Positions 18,137 through 27,454 of a stretch of DNA of 64,000 nt are shown here, one piece after another. Location: contig JAWCLH010000006.1 in the NCBI GenBank assembly GCA_038851035.1, forward strand, positions 25,769 to 89,768, given 5' to 3'. Below the pieces are notes generated by a model. That model saw only the letters and a list, made by a program, of their open reading frames with translations, was not told the DNA's origin and did no database searches. Source of the DNA: Thermoplasmata archaeon (lineage in GTDB: Archaea; Thermoplasmatota; DTKX01; VGTL01). A program made the position numbers and the translations under genes. How positions within the stretch are numbered: position 1 is the stretch's first letter; each line of letters begins with the position of its first letter.

Positions 18137-19180
18137 GTGAGAGTAATCTACCGAGACCCAAAGGGACTGAAGCTGAAGCTCTTCATAGACAACCTCGACG
18201 ACCTATGGCACCTCTACAACATCATTGAGCGTGGTGACCGTGTCGGCGCGATGAGCGCCCGGAGGGAGGAGACGGGCCGGGACCGAATTCGGCAGGAGAG
18301 AGGCGAGAAGAGGAGGATGTGGCTCGAAGTCGAGGCACAGGACATAGAATTCAGCGAATTCTCTGACAGGCTGAGGGTAGGGGGACCGATAAGAGAGGGG
18401 CCGGACGACGTTGGGGGCCACCACACCCTCAATCTCGAGAAGGGGATGGAGGTCTCGATAACCAAGGAGGACTGGAAGGATCACCAGATTCAGCTCATCA
18501 AAGAGGCGGTGGAGGCAACGGCCAGACCATTGCTCACTTTCATCTCCATCGACGACGAGGAGGCGACGCTGGCCACCCTTCACCACCATGGCGTCAAGTG
18601 GGTGGCTACGGTCCATTCCCGTCTCCCGGGGAAGGACCAAGGGGGCCGGGAGCGCGCCAAGGAGGAATACTTCGGTGACGTTCTGGCGACGCTTGCGCAG
18701 GTCAAGAAGGAGGGGCCAGTCGTCATCTGCGGCCCCGGCTTCACAAGGGACGAGTTCGTGAGGTGGGGCAAGGAGAGAAGGCCCGAGCTCTTCGAGGGCT
18801 GCACCGTTGAGGGAACCAGCCAGGCCGGGATGCCCGGCATATACGAGATGATGAAGCGGGACATTGTGTCGAGGGTGATCGCGGCAACCCGCGTGGCGCA
18901 GGAGACCGCCGCCGTCGAGCAGCTCCTCACCGAGGTGGCGAGGGACGGTCCCGCGACGTACGGTCTCAAAGAGGTCGAGACGGCGCTTGAGGCGGGGGCG
19001 GTTCTCAGGCTTCTAGTCACCGACGAGCTGATGAGGAGTGGCCGGGCCGACAGACTCTTTGAGCTGGCGAAGCGCACAGGAGCCGAATACATGGTGGTCT
19101 CCACCGCACACGATTCGGGCAGGAAGCTGGCCAGCCTGGGAGGAGCAGGAGCTCTGCTAAGATATAGGATCCCTTCGTAA
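18137..19180 (+). CDS. pelA: Pelota (Dom34-like mRNA surveillance / ribosome rescue factor)
   Basis: A GTG at 18137 gives MRVIYRDPKGLKLKLFIDNLDDLWHLYNIIERGDRV, which is a typical Pelota N-terminus. It has the three-domain eRF1-like layout, including ICGPGFTRDEF and the C-terminal LGGAGALLRY. The track start at 18107 overlaps the upstream gene. Confidence 0.9.
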   Translation: MRVIYRDPKGLKLKLFIDNLDDLWHLYNIIERGDRVGAMSARREETGRDRIRQERGEKRRMWLEVEAQDIEFSEFSDRLRVGGPIREGPDDVGGHHTLNLEKGMEVSITKEDWKDHQIQLIKEAVEATARPLLTFISIDDEEATLATLHHHGVKWVATVHSRLPGKDQGGRERAKEEYFGDVLATLAQVKKEGPVVICGPGFTRDEFVRWGKERRPELFEGCTVEGTSQAGMPGIYEMMKRDIVSRVIAATRVAQETAAVEQLLTEVARDGPATYGLKEVETALEAGAVLRLLVTDELMRSGRADRLFELAKRTGAEYMVVSTAHDSGRKLASLGGAGALLRYRIPS

Positions 19181-19189
19181 AATGGCCTC

Positions 19190-19205
19190 ATAAAATATTT
19201 AAAGG
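19190..19205 (+). promoter_or_regulatory. TATA-box-like element upstream of aIF5A
   Basis: The element ataaaatatttaaagg is centred about 35 nt upstream of the ATG at 19233. Confidence 0.5.
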
Positions 19206-19232
19206 ACCGGCCGGTTTCCCTCACCGATAAAT

Positions 19233-19619
19233 ATGTCGAGGACACTTGCGGAGGTCCGGGAGCTCAAGGAGGGCCGCTACATCATCATAGACGAAGAGCC
19301 CTGCAAGATTCTCAGCATCACAACATCCAAACCGGGGAAACATGGCGAGGCCAAGGCCCGGATAGACGCAATCGGCCTCTTCGACGGGAAAACGAGATCC
19401 GTCGTCTACCCAGTCAAGCACAAGGTCGGTGTGCCGATAATTGACAAGAGGAGCGCTCAGGTGCTGGCGATTCAGGGGGACATCGTCCAGCTCATGGACA
19501 TGACCACCTACGAGCAGTTCGAGCTCCCCCTCGACCCGGAGCTCAAGGGGTCGATAAAGGAGGGGCAAGAGGTCATGTACGTTGTTGCGCTCGAAAAGCG
19601 TAAGATAATGAGGCTCTGA
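19233..19619 (+). CDS. eif5a: Translation initiation/elongation factor 5A (aIF5A)
   Basis: The sequence is [52 protein letters not shown]. It contains the hypusine-site motif KPGKHG and has the expected length of 128 aa. Confidence 0.95.
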   Translation: MSRTLAEVRELKEGRYIIIDEEPCKILSITTSKPGKHGEAKARIDAIGLFDGKTRSVVYPVKHKVGVPIIDKRSAQVLAIQGDIVQLMDMTTYEQFELPLDPELKGSIKEGQEVMYVVALEKRKIMRL

Positions 19620-19626
19620 GGAGACC

Positions 19627-20511
19627 ATGGGGGCCCGCCCCACCGTATTCGCCGATGCCAGAGCCGCCCGGAAAGGCGCCGGGTTCGTGATTCTGGGAGT
19701 GCCATACGACACCACCTCCTCCTTCAGGCCGGGAGCAAGGTTCGCACCCAATGCTATTCGAGAGGCCTCCTGGAACTTCGAGACCTATCTGCCCGAGCTC
19801 GGTGTGGACCTCACCGACATTCAGATTCACGACGCTGGCAACTTGGAGGAGGTCGGCCCGCCGGAGGAGCTCGTGGAGGAGGTCCGGAGGGCGACGGAGG
19901 GAATTCTCGATGGCGGCTCCTTTCCCGTCCTCCTGGGCGGGGAGCACTCCCTGACCCCGGGCGCTGTGGGAGCGATGAAGGAGAAAGTGGACATCGGTGT
20001 CATCGTCCTGGACGCCCACATGGACTTCAGGAATGAGTACCTGAGGCTCAGGCACAGCCACGCCTGCGCCACGAGGCGGTGTAGCGAGCTCGTTGGGCCG
20101 GAGGCCGTGGTGCCCATAGGGGTCCGGTCTGTTTCCCGGGAGGAGATGGAGGATATAAACGGGAGGTATAGGGGCAGGTTCAAGTATATAGGCGCGGAGG
20201 AGGTTAGGCGCGGCGGCATCGGACCCGCTGTAAGGAAGGCCCTCCGTTGGGTGGGGCGGAGGAGCATCTACCTGAGTCTTGACATGGACGCACTAGACCC
20301 TGCCTACGCCCCAGCCACAGGCACCCCGGAGCCCTTTGGTTTGACTCCGTGGGACGTCAGGGACGCCATAAGACTTCTGGCGCCCAGGCTCGTCGGCTTC
20401 GACATCGTCGAGATCTCGCCCGGCTACGACACGGGCAATACTGCCGCTCTTGGAGCGAGACTGGTACGTGAACTCATGGCGGCGGTGCACGGGGCGAGAG
20501 AGGGGAGATAG
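19627..20511 (+). CDS. speB: Agmatinase (ureohydrolase family)
   Basis: Mn-binding blocks are present: GGEHSLT, VLDAHMDFR and LSLDMDALDPAYAPATGTPEP. Its position immediately downstream of aIF5A is a common archaeal arrangement. Confidence 0.88.
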   Translation: MGARPTVFADARAARKGAGFVILGVPYDTTSSFRPGARFAPNAIREASWNFETYLPELGVDLTDIQIHDAGNLEEVGPPEELVEEVRRATEGILDGGSFPVLLGGEHSLTPGAVGAMKEKVDIGVIVLDAHMDFRNEYLRLRHSHACATRRCSELVGPEAVVPIGVRSVSREEMEDINGRYRGRFKYIGAEEVRRGGIGPAVRKALRWVGRRSIYLSLDMDALDPAYAPATGTPEPFGLTPWDVRDAIRLLAPRLVGFDIVEISPGYDTGNTAALGARLVRELMAAVHGAREGR

Positions 20512-20633
20512 GCTCATCCGAGCCATCTAGAGAGGGGTCGCTTCCATCTTTTTCTTCAGATGGGTGGACAAGACGGGAGGCTCTCCATGTCCCGATGCTC
20601 AGGCTTAATACTCGGGACCGGAATCCGGTCATC

Positions 20634-21317
20634 ATGACGATTGTTGCGATCTCAATCGGGGGCTCCGTCCTGTTCCCGGAGAATCCCGACCCCGCCTTTA
20701 TAAAAGAACTCGCATCCCTCCTCTTGAGGAAAGCGAGGAGGCACAGACTACTCGTCGTGGTCGGGGGCGGGGAGCAGGCGCGCAGATACATCGGCCTGTG
20801 CAGGGCCCTAGGCGCGGACGAGACCTTCCTTGACGAGGTGGGCATAAGGGTCACCCGTTTGAACGCCAGCGTCCTTCTGGCGGCGGTTCGCAAAAGAGCC
20901 TACCCGAAGGTCGCGGAGGACCTGGACGAGGCTGTGGCGGCCTCCCACAGGCACCCAATCGTAGTTATGGGGGGGACGCATCCCGGCCACACCACCGATG
21001 CCGTGACAGTCTTCGCTGCGGAGAAGGCCGGAGCGGAGCGAATAGTCATCACCACCAATGTGGCCGGTGTCTACACCTCCAACCCGCACAGGGACCCGCG
21101 GGCCAAGCTCCTCCGGCGCCTCACACCTTCCAGGCTTATAGAAATAGTCGGGGGGATGGCCCATGAGGCCGGCTCGAAGGGCGTCGTGGATCCGCTGGGG
21201 GCTCGGCTGATTGCCCGCTCTGGTATAACGACTTGCGTGCTCGATGGCAGGGACCTGAAGAGCCTGAGCGCAGCCATCGAGGGCAGGAGGTTCAGGGGGA
21301 GTGTTATCCGGTTCTAA
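20634..21317 (+). CDS. pyrH: Uridylate kinase, archaeal type
   Basis: I prefer the internal ATG at 20634 (MTIVAISIGGSVLF...). Amino-acid-kinase-fold blocks are present: VVVGGGEQAR, GGTHPGHTTDAV and TNVAGVYTSNP. Confidence 0.9.
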   Translation: MTIVAISIGGSVLFPENPDPAFIKELASLLLRKARRHRLLVVVGGGEQARRYIGLCRALGADETFLDEVGIRVTRLNASVLLAAVRKRAYPKVAEDLDEAVAASHRHPIVVMGGTHPGHTTDAVTVFAAEKAGAERIVITTNVAGVYTSNPHRDPRAKLLRRLTPSRLIEIVGGMAHEAGSKGVVDPLGARLIARSGITTCVLDGRDLKSLSAAIEGRRFRGSVIRF

Positions 21318-21366
21318 AAGCTCTCGCCCCCCGGCGTGCGAGGGTCTGGTGGTGGCCCGGTGCGGC

Positions 21367-21828
21367 TCAGAGGAGGTTTTTGGCGATCTCGGTGGTCTCC
21401 CTCTCGCAATAGTGGCACTTGAGCCTGAGGGGGCTCTTGGACACCACTGAGAATCTGCTCTTCACAGGCTCCCTCGGGGCGTTGGAGATGCATCCCGGGT
21501 TCTCGCACCTCACCAAACCGACCACCTCTTGGGGCGGCTCGACGTGGTACTTCTCGACCACATTGTAGTTCCTGATGATGTTTATCGTCGCGTCAGGCGC
21601 GATGAGCGCGATTTTGTCCACTTGGGACTTGTCGAGCTCCCGGTCCTCTACCTTGACAATGTCCTTGAACTTTACCTTGTGGCTCGGAACGTGCATAAGG
21701 ACGCTGACCGTTGAGCGCACGCCCGTCTCGGATATCCCGATGATTCTGAGAACATGGAGGGCCATACCGGGCGTGATGTGGTCTATCACTGTTCCGTTTT
21801 TTATAGGCGTGACCTTGACTTCCCTCAT
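21367..21828 (-). CDS. pyrI: Aspartate carbamoyltransferase regulatory subunit
   Basis: The N-terminus is MREVKVTPIKNGTVIDHI. The C-terminal zinc domain is CENPGCISN...LKCHYCE. It lies immediately downstream of pyrB. Confidence 0.93.
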   Translation of the reverse strand: MREVKVTPIKNGTVIDHITPGMALHVLRIIGISETGVRSTVSVLMHVPSHKVKFKDIVKVEDRELDKSQVDKIALIAPDATINIIRNYNVVEKYHVEPPQEVVGLVRCENPGCISNAPREPVKSRFSVVSKSPLRLKCHYCERETTEIAKNLL

Positions 21829-21833
21829 TACCC

Positions 21834-22799
21834 CTACACCTCTTCTTTGCCAAGAATCATCGACAGAAGGGCCATCCTGACAGGAACGCCGTAGAAGGCC
21901 TGCTTGAAGTACCTAGCGTGGGGACCGTTGTCCACCTCCGGTGCTATCTCCGCGAGCCTTGGCAGGGGGTGGAGCACGATCAGGCTCTTTTTGGCGTTGG
22001 CGAGGAGGCTGTTGTCTATCCTGTAGGCGTTCTCGACCTTTCTGTACTCCTCTGGGTCGGGGAAACGCTCCCGCTGAATGCGGGTAACATAGAGAACGTC
22101 CGCGCCGGAAATCACGCTCTCTAGCGAGTCGGACTGGTTGAACCGCGCGCCCATCTGGCGCAGCTGGGACACGATTTCGGGGGGCATCTGGAGTGAGGGT
22201 GGAGCGACGCAGGTCACGCTCGCTCCAAAGAGCGAGAGGGCGTAGGAGAGGGAATGGACGGTTCTGCCGTACTTGAGATCCCCGACTAGTACCACATTGT
22301 TCTCGGCGATATCTCCCTTCTCCATTTTAATCGTGAAAAGATCCAGAAGGGTCTGGGTCGGGTGCTGGCCCGCACCATCCCCAGCGTTTATGACAGGCTT
22401 CGAGGAGAAATCGGCGGCGAGCCTTGCGGCTCCCTCGTGTGGATGCCTGAGGACTATAACATCGGCATACGACTCGGCCATCCTGACCGTGTCGGCGAGC
22501 GTTTCTCCCTTTGCAACGGAGGCACCTGAAACCTCGGCAAAGCCGATGACGGATCCCCCGAGCCTGAGCATGGCGCTCTCGAATGAGAGCCTGGTCCTCG
22601 TGCTCGGCTCATAAAAAAGGGTGGCGAGAATCTTGCCTTCTAGCGCCCTGCTCCCCCTCTCGCCGCGCGCCACAGGTAGGGCTTTCTCGGCGCGCTCCAG
22701 GATGGCGATGATCTCCTCTTTGGTGAGGTCCCTGATGGACACAATATCTCTTCCAGAGAGGTCCAACTCCTTTCCTCCTTCTAGAGCAACATACTCCAT
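21834..22799 (-). CDS. pyrB: Aspartate carbamoyltransferase catalytic subunit
   Basis: I prefer the internal ATG at 22799 (MEYVALEG...). Conserved blocks include FYEPSTRTRLSFE, HPTQTLLDLFT, GDLKYGRTVHS and HPLPR. Confidence 0.93.
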   Translation of the reverse strand: MEYVALEGGKELDLSGRDIVSIRDLTKEEIIAILERAEKALPVARGERGSRALEGKILATLFYEPSTRTRLSFESAMLRLGGSVIGFAEVSGASVAKGETLADTVRMAESYADVIVLRHPHEGAARLAADFSSKPVINAGDGAGQHPTQTLLDLFTIKMEKGDIAENNVVLVGDLKYGRTVHSLSYALSLFGASVTCVAPPSLQMPPEIVSQLRQMGARFNQSDSLESVISGADVLYVTRIQRERFPDPEEYRKVENAYRIDNSLLANAKKSLIVLHPLPRLAEIAPEVDNGPHARYFKQAFYGVPVRMALLSMILGKEEV

Positions 22800-22860
22800 G
22801 AATTTAAAACCTTTATGACCGGCACCCCAATATTCTGGCCTCCAAGAGGTGCCCAGGCGC

Positions 22861-23943
22861 TCAGAGGTCCATCTCAAGGTCCTCTGTCTCTATTTCCTCA
22901 GCTCTAGCCCCCGCCGGCCCCAAGGGCTTCACCATCTTCACCACCTCATGTTCCAGCTCCTCCTCCCAAGGCTCCTCCTCCGACACCTCCTCCATCGGGA
23001 GCTCGTAACTTAGGTCAGGCTCTTCCTCCACCGCCCCCTCCTCGGATATCTCCTCGAGCTTGATGCCCAGAATGATGGGCTCCTCCTCCACAGCGTCCTC
23101 CTCGATGGGTGGCTCTACGTAAGACTCGATGTCCTCCTCTAGAGGGGGCTCCTCCTCGAAGTCCTCTATATCTATAACTAGATTGTCCTCCACCGCGTCC
23201 TCCGGCACTGGCTCCTTTCCTATGTGCTCCAGAATTTCCTCGTCGGACTCCGCGAGCATCAGCGTTTTGCGGAGAGCGGTCATCTCCTCCGCGGTGTGTG
23301 TCCTCGGATAGCCACGCTTCTTCCGCCGGGGCTTCTCCTGCGGGCAATAGAAAGGCCTGAGGAGACTCTGCTCATGCTGCTGGAGGAGTTCCCACTCTTC
23401 CCTCGTTATTATAGGGAAATCTATTTTCCGCATTTCCCTGGGGCCCAAGAGCTCAATTTCCCGGCACTCTTCTGTAGAAACATACTCCTTCGGCAGAACC
23501 GGGCGGACGCTGAGCTTGCGTATTGAGTAGTTCCGGTTGTTCGTGACCTCGAGAAAGTACGTGGCCCGTCCCCCGCTGCACTTCAGAACCGTTCTCACGG
23601 TCACGTCCTTCCCCGCCAGCGCGCGCCCCTCGACGCCTAGATGCCAGGCCTCTTCAAGCGGCCTGAGGACGAAGACGGCGCTCTGGGAGCCACCGGGCTC
23701 GATGGGCGGTAGGGTCCTTGATTCTTCATCTAGAGAGAACATCCTAGGGGGCACGGAGGGGGAGACCCTGAGCCTTCCGAGGGGCTCGCCAGAGTTGTTC
23801 TCTACCCTGACAGTGTAGGTTATGATGGTTCCGTCAGAGGAAATAGTAGTCTCGATGGTGACGTCTTTGAGGAGGAGGGGAAGTGGGGGTAGGCCTATGC
23901 CTATGGCCTCCATCACATCGGTCCCGGTGCCCTCCCCCGCCAT
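22861..23943 (-). CDS. Hypothetical cytoplasmic protein: two beta-sandwich-like modules, a basic patch, and a strongly acidic EEEP-repeat tail
   Basis: There is no signal peptide. Two related modules are visible (TYTVRVENNSGEPLGRLRVSPSVPP... and TYFLEVTNNRNYSIRKLSVRPVLPK...), followed by KPRRKKRGYPR. The last ~120 aa are rich in E/D with four EEEP motifs. A GGAGG lies 7 nt upstream of the ATG at 23943. Confidence 0.7.
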   Translation of the reverse strand: MAGEGTGTDVMEAIGIGLPPLPLLLKDVTIETTISSDGTIITYTVRVENNSGEPLGRLRVSPSVPPRMFSLDEESRTLPPIEPGGSQSAVFVLRPLEEAWHLGVEGRALAGKDVTVRTVLKCSGGRATYFLEVTNNRNYSIRKLSVRPVLPKEYVSTEECREIELLGPREMRKIDFPIITREEWELLQQHEQSLLRPFYCPQEKPRRKKRGYPRTHTAEEMTALRKTLMLAESDEEILEHIGKEPVPEDAVEDNLVIDIEDFEEEPPLEEDIESYVEPPIEEDAVEEEPIILGIKLEEISEEGAVEEEPDLSYELPMEEVSEEEPWEEELEHEVVKMVKPLGPAGARAEEIETEDLEMDL

Positions 23944-24087
23944 TGGAGTCCTCCTTCTCTCTGCCAGAATCCGGCTTAGTATGCACTAATGTTATAATTA
24001 ACCTTTTCATTCATTTTTCGTCCCGCGCCCTCTGGACCCTCGTACTCCCGCCCCCTCCGCGCGGCGATAGCCTTCTATCGCGCGCCC

Positions 24088-25086
24088 TCACAAACTGCGC
24101 GCCGCGGCACAGAGCACCCTTAGCTTCCTCCTCGCCGCTTCGAGCGGGAGCCCCTTCAGGCCACAATCTGGGTGCGCTACCATGTTCTCTTCTCCCACGA
24201 GAGACGCGCCTCTCCGCAGGAGCCCCAGAACCTCCTCCTCGCTCTCGACCCGCTCCGAGGCGGTGTCAATGCAGCCGAACCCGAGCAGCTTTCCGGAACC
24301 CTCCAACTTCTCTCTCGAAATTACCTCAAGATTCTGGGGCGCTCCGGCGAACTCGAGCGACAGAACCCTGACGCCTTTCAGGCCGAGCATCCAGTCCAGC
24401 GCTCTCCTCACGTCACCGCATGCGTGAAGGGCGACCTCTCCCCTGAAGCCCAGCGCAATGTTCTCCACCGCCTCCCGTGCGAGTACGACGGGGACCCCTA
24501 TCGAGAAATATGGCTCGTCGAGTTGGAGGTGCTTGGCCCCGGCCCTTTCCAGCTCCCGCGCTATCTCGAGAAGCGCCCCGGAGAGGTCCATATAAAGCCG
24601 ACGGTCCCTGTAGCCGCTGTAAACCTTGGTGTCGAGAACGGAGGAGAACGCGAGCGTCACGGGGCCGGTCAGAATCGCCTTCACCCCGGCCCTTCCCCGA
24701 GCCGTCGCTGTAGCGAGCCTGAAGTCCCCAACGAGCATCGAAGCGTCCCGGGGTGAGATTCTGCCTGAGATGAACATCCTCCTCCCCACGCCACCAGCCA
24801 CCATCGAGCCCCAACCACTCATGCGGTCTGCTCCGCACGCGACCTCCCCGGTCACCGCGCTATCCATGTGACGCGCCCCATGCCCCCCACTCTGAACAGT
24901 TCTCTCTGCCCTGAGCTCCATTCCCTCAATCATTCCCGCGTATATCGAGATGATGTCTCCCCGCGTCTGCCCGTCCGAGACAAGCTCCACACCGGCGGCG
25001 ATCTGTTCCTCAACTGCCCTGACAACCGCGTCTGGCCCCAACTCCTCGTAGCTCAGGGGGTAGCTGCCGATAACTGTGGTCCTCAT
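24088..25086 (-). CDS. Cobalamin-independent methionine synthase (MetE) catalytic-domain homologue, archaeal short form
   Basis: The N-terminus is MRTTVIGSYPLS, followed by VELVSDGQTRGD and the C-terminal zinc-site block HPDCGLK. A Gly-rich insertion lies around GGHGARHMDSAVTGEVACGADRMSGWGSMVAGGVG. Confidence 0.78.
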   Translation of the reverse strand: MRTTVIGSYPLSYEELGPDAVVRAVEEQIAAGVELVSDGQTRGDIISIYAGMIEGMELRAERTVQSGGHGARHMDSAVTGEVACGADRMSGWGSMVAGGVGRRMFISGRISPRDASMLVGDFRLATATARGRAGVKAILTGPVTLAFSSVLDTKVYSGYRDRRLYMDLSGALLEIARELERAGAKHLQLDEPYFSIGVPVVLAREAVENIALGFRGEVALHACGDVRRALDWMLGLKGVRVLSLEFAGAPQNLEVISREKLEGSGKLLGFGCIDTASERVESEEEVLGLLRRGASLVGEENMVAHPDCGLKGLPLEAARRKLRVLCAAARSL

Positions 25087-25104
25087 CGAGCACCCCGCAA
25101 CCAG

Positions 25105-25533
25105 CTATTCCTCCTCTCTGGTCGCTGCAGGCCTCGTCTCCACAGGCTCGGCCGAGCGCTCCCCTGGCTTCGCCCCTCCACCACCACTCCCTCCCTCCTG
25201 GATGGATTCCCCGGCATCCCGGGCGACGGCTCCTCCCTCTCCCCCTTTCGCCATTCCAGACCCCCGCTCCATCACCACCTTCCCATTGTAGCTCACCCTG
25301 ACCACCCTATGGTAGGGTATGGCCACCCGGCCTGGCCCTGGCGCGCCATTGGCGGGAGAGGCGCCGGGGCGCCTCACAACCATCATCCAGGACTCAAGAG
25401 AGATGATGTCTCCGCCGCTGATAGAGGCAATATTCCCGGGCGCGCCGCGGTGGACATATTCCACGGTCACCTTCGAAAAGTCGGTGTTAGGTCTCCACTT
25501 GAGCTCGTTAAGGACGCTTCGAACAGTCTTCAT
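25105..25533 (-). CDS. DUF504 (MJ1316-like) domain protein with a low-complexity C-terminal tail
   Basis: The sequence runs VLNELKWRPNTDFSKVTVEYVHRGAPG...IPYHRVVRVSYNGKVVMER and matches the DUF504 pattern (LnklkW..., IPyHRI). It lies 18 nt upstream of the MetE-like gene on the same strand. Confidence 0.7.
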   Translation of the reverse strand: MKTVRSVLNELKWRPNTDFSKVTVEYVHRGAPGNIASISGGDIISLESWMMVVRRPGASPANGAPGPGRVAIPYHRVVRVSYNGKVVMERGSGMAKGGEGGAVARDAGESIQEGGSGGGGAKPGERSAEPVETRPAATREEE

Positions 25534-25648
25534 ATTGGATCCTATCGGTTGAATCAGTTGATGGGAAATAACTGTTGCTGTCTCCGAGTGGAGTTTATCG
25601 CGCTATTCTCTCACAATATATTTTAATAAATTAGAGAATGATTCCATT

Positions 25649-25661
25649 CTTTTTAAATATC
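25649..25661 (+). promoter_or_regulatory. TATA-box-like element for 25684..27375 inside the most AT-rich stretch of the window
   Basis: The element ctttttaaatatc is centred about 29 nt upstream of the ATG at 25684, which suggests a leaderless transcript. A second AT-rich box, atatattttaataaatt, lies at about 25615-25631. Confidence 0.5.
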
Positions 25662-25683
25662 TCATATTATACTATCTCCCATC

Positions 25684-27375
25684 ATGAAATTCATATGGGG
25701 GCGAATTCTAGGGCTCCTCATCTCCACGGCGACGACCCTCCTGATTCCACTCCAGGGTAGTCTTTCCCAGAAAGACAATCTGGGTCTGGAAAGCCTCCGC
25801 AGGGACCCCTTCGAAAGAGTTCCTACCTTCAAAGTGGTCACCTGGGACTGGACCGATGTCGAGCCCAGCGAGACCACGGCACTGGAGTGGAATGGAAAGC
25901 TGCACATTGTCTGGCAGGGAAAGAACCCCCATCCCGAGGGAGGCATGCGCGGGGCGATATACTACCGGACCTTCGACGACTCCAGCCCCCGCCAGAACGC
26001 CTCTTGGGGACCGATAGTCAACCTCACCCCCGTCGAGCACTCCAACGACAGATTCGGCCACGCCAATGATTTCCCCAACATCACGTTGCACAATGGAAAA
26101 ATCTATGTGGTATGGGAATCGGAGGATGACAGCCAGAAGCCTCCGCCAAGAAACTCGACGCTGCACGATATTCTTATGAAGTCCTTTGACGGCACGAGAT
26201 GGAGCGATGTGATTATTGTGAATGAGCCTCCCCCGGAAGGCGAGGAGTGGAGGTGCTATCACCCCAGAGCGATTTCGTACGGCGGGAAGCTCTATGTGGG
26301 CTACTCGAGAATGAGAGGGGCGTTCGCCGAGCTCGTGGTCAGGACCTATGACGGCTCCTTAGGGAATGAGGTAGTGGTATCCCCGCCCTCGGCTACGGCG
26401 ATGTGCGACTGGCCATTCTTCGTGAGCTACGGCGGCTCCCTGTACCTGGTCTGGGAGTCGAACGATGCCGCCTCCGCCCGGACGTCCATATACCTTTCCA
26501 TCAACTCCGGCTCTGGCTGGAGTCCCCCGCTCGAGGTCGGCGCCGTGCCGGTCGCCGGGTTCAAGGACTCCTTTCCGAGGCTCGCGGTGTTCGACAACCC
26601 AGTCACTGGAGTCGACGAGCTGTGGGGAGCATGGAGGACTGTGGACGGAGAGGGCGCGATATACAGGGCCCCGGGGGATCAGGACATCGTGATGCGGAGA
26701 ATTGACGGACCATCAATCGGGCCCTACATTCAAGTCAGCCCACCCTCAGACACCGGCGATGACAACCGGCCCAATCTAGTCGCCTTCGGGGGAAAGCTCT
26801 GGGTGGTCTGGCAGAGCGCGGATGAGGCCACTTCTGACGGAATGGACTGGGACGTGGTCATGAGGAGCTATGACGGGAAAGGTCTCTCTTCTATTATCCC
26901 AATCTCCCGCTCCGGTGACAGGTGCGAGAGCGTGGTCATACACGTTGAGCCCCACAATTTGGGCGACGACGAGTTCCCGAGCGTGGCGGTCTATCGCGGG
27001 AGACTCTTTGTTCTCTATGAGACTTACGACAACGTTACCGGCATCCCCGACTCCAGCGATGGGCTGAACACCAGGGCGATTGTCATGAGGCTCGCCGTGG
27101 ATGCCGACAGCGACGGCGATGGATGGCAGGATAGTAGCGATGCTTTCCCCCACGACCCTCTTGAGTGGAGGGACACGGACGGCGACGGTGTCGGCGACAA
27201 TAGCGACTTCAGGCCACTCGACCCGACCGTTCAGAGGGCGTCTCAGGTTCCCATCCCCGCCCCCGAGGACCGTTCTGGCCTTGTTGTTGCAGTGCTCTTG
27301 GTCCTTGTATTAGTGGGGCTCGCGCTACTAGTGGCGGGCACCCTCCCCTGCCGTGAATCCCAGGAGGAGGAGTGA
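25684..27375 (+). CDS. Secreted BNR/sialidase-like beta-propeller protein with thrombospondin-type-3-like Ca-binding repeats and a C-terminal anchor
   Basis: The N-terminus is signal-like ([22 protein letters not shown]). Blade motifs recur ([53 protein letters not shown]). Asp-box-like motifs are present ([17 protein letters not shown]). The sequence then shows [36 protein letters not shown] and the [22 protein letters not shown]. Confidence 0.8.
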   Translation: MKFIWGRILGLLISTATTLLIPLQGSLSQKDNLGLESLRRDPFERVPTFKVVTWDWTDVEPSETTALEWNGKLHIVWQGKNPHPEGGMRGAIYYRTFDDSSPRQNASWGPIVNLTPVEHSNDRFGHANDFPNITLHNGKIYVVWESEDDSQKPPPRNSTLHDILMKSFDGTRWSDVIIVNEPPPEGEEWRCYHPRAISYGGKLYVGYSRMRGAFAELVVRTYDGSLGNEVVVSPPSATAMCDWPFFVSYGGSLYLVWESNDAASARTSIYLSINSGSGWSPPLEVGAVPVAGFKDSFPRLAVFDNPVTGVDELWGAWRTVDGEGAIYRAPGDQDIVMRRIDGPSIGPYIQVSPPSDTGDDNRPNLVAFGGKLWVVWQSADEATSDGMDWDVVMRSYDGKGLSSIIPISRSGDRCESVVIHVEPHNLGDDEFPSVAVYRGRLFVLYETYDNVTGIPDSSDGLNTRAIVMRLAVDADSDGDGWQDSSDAFPHDPLEWRDTDGDGVGDNSDFRPLDPTVQRASQVPIPAPEDRSGLVVAVLLVLVLVGLALLVAGTLPCRESQEEE

Positions 27376-27454
27376 TGGAGAGAGACGCGCTGGGTCCGGG
27401 GGGCATCAATTTATTACTCTCCAGCCCATTATACTTTGTAAGGGGGCGAGGGGA

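Noticed and set aside
25612-25683. The most AT-rich stretch of the window, considered as a possible replication origin or DNA-unwinding element.
   Set aside because: I see no repeated ORB-like boxes and no orc1/cdc6 gene adjacent. The spacing of its AT boxes fits ordinary TATA elements for the divergent genes 25533(-) and 25684(+).
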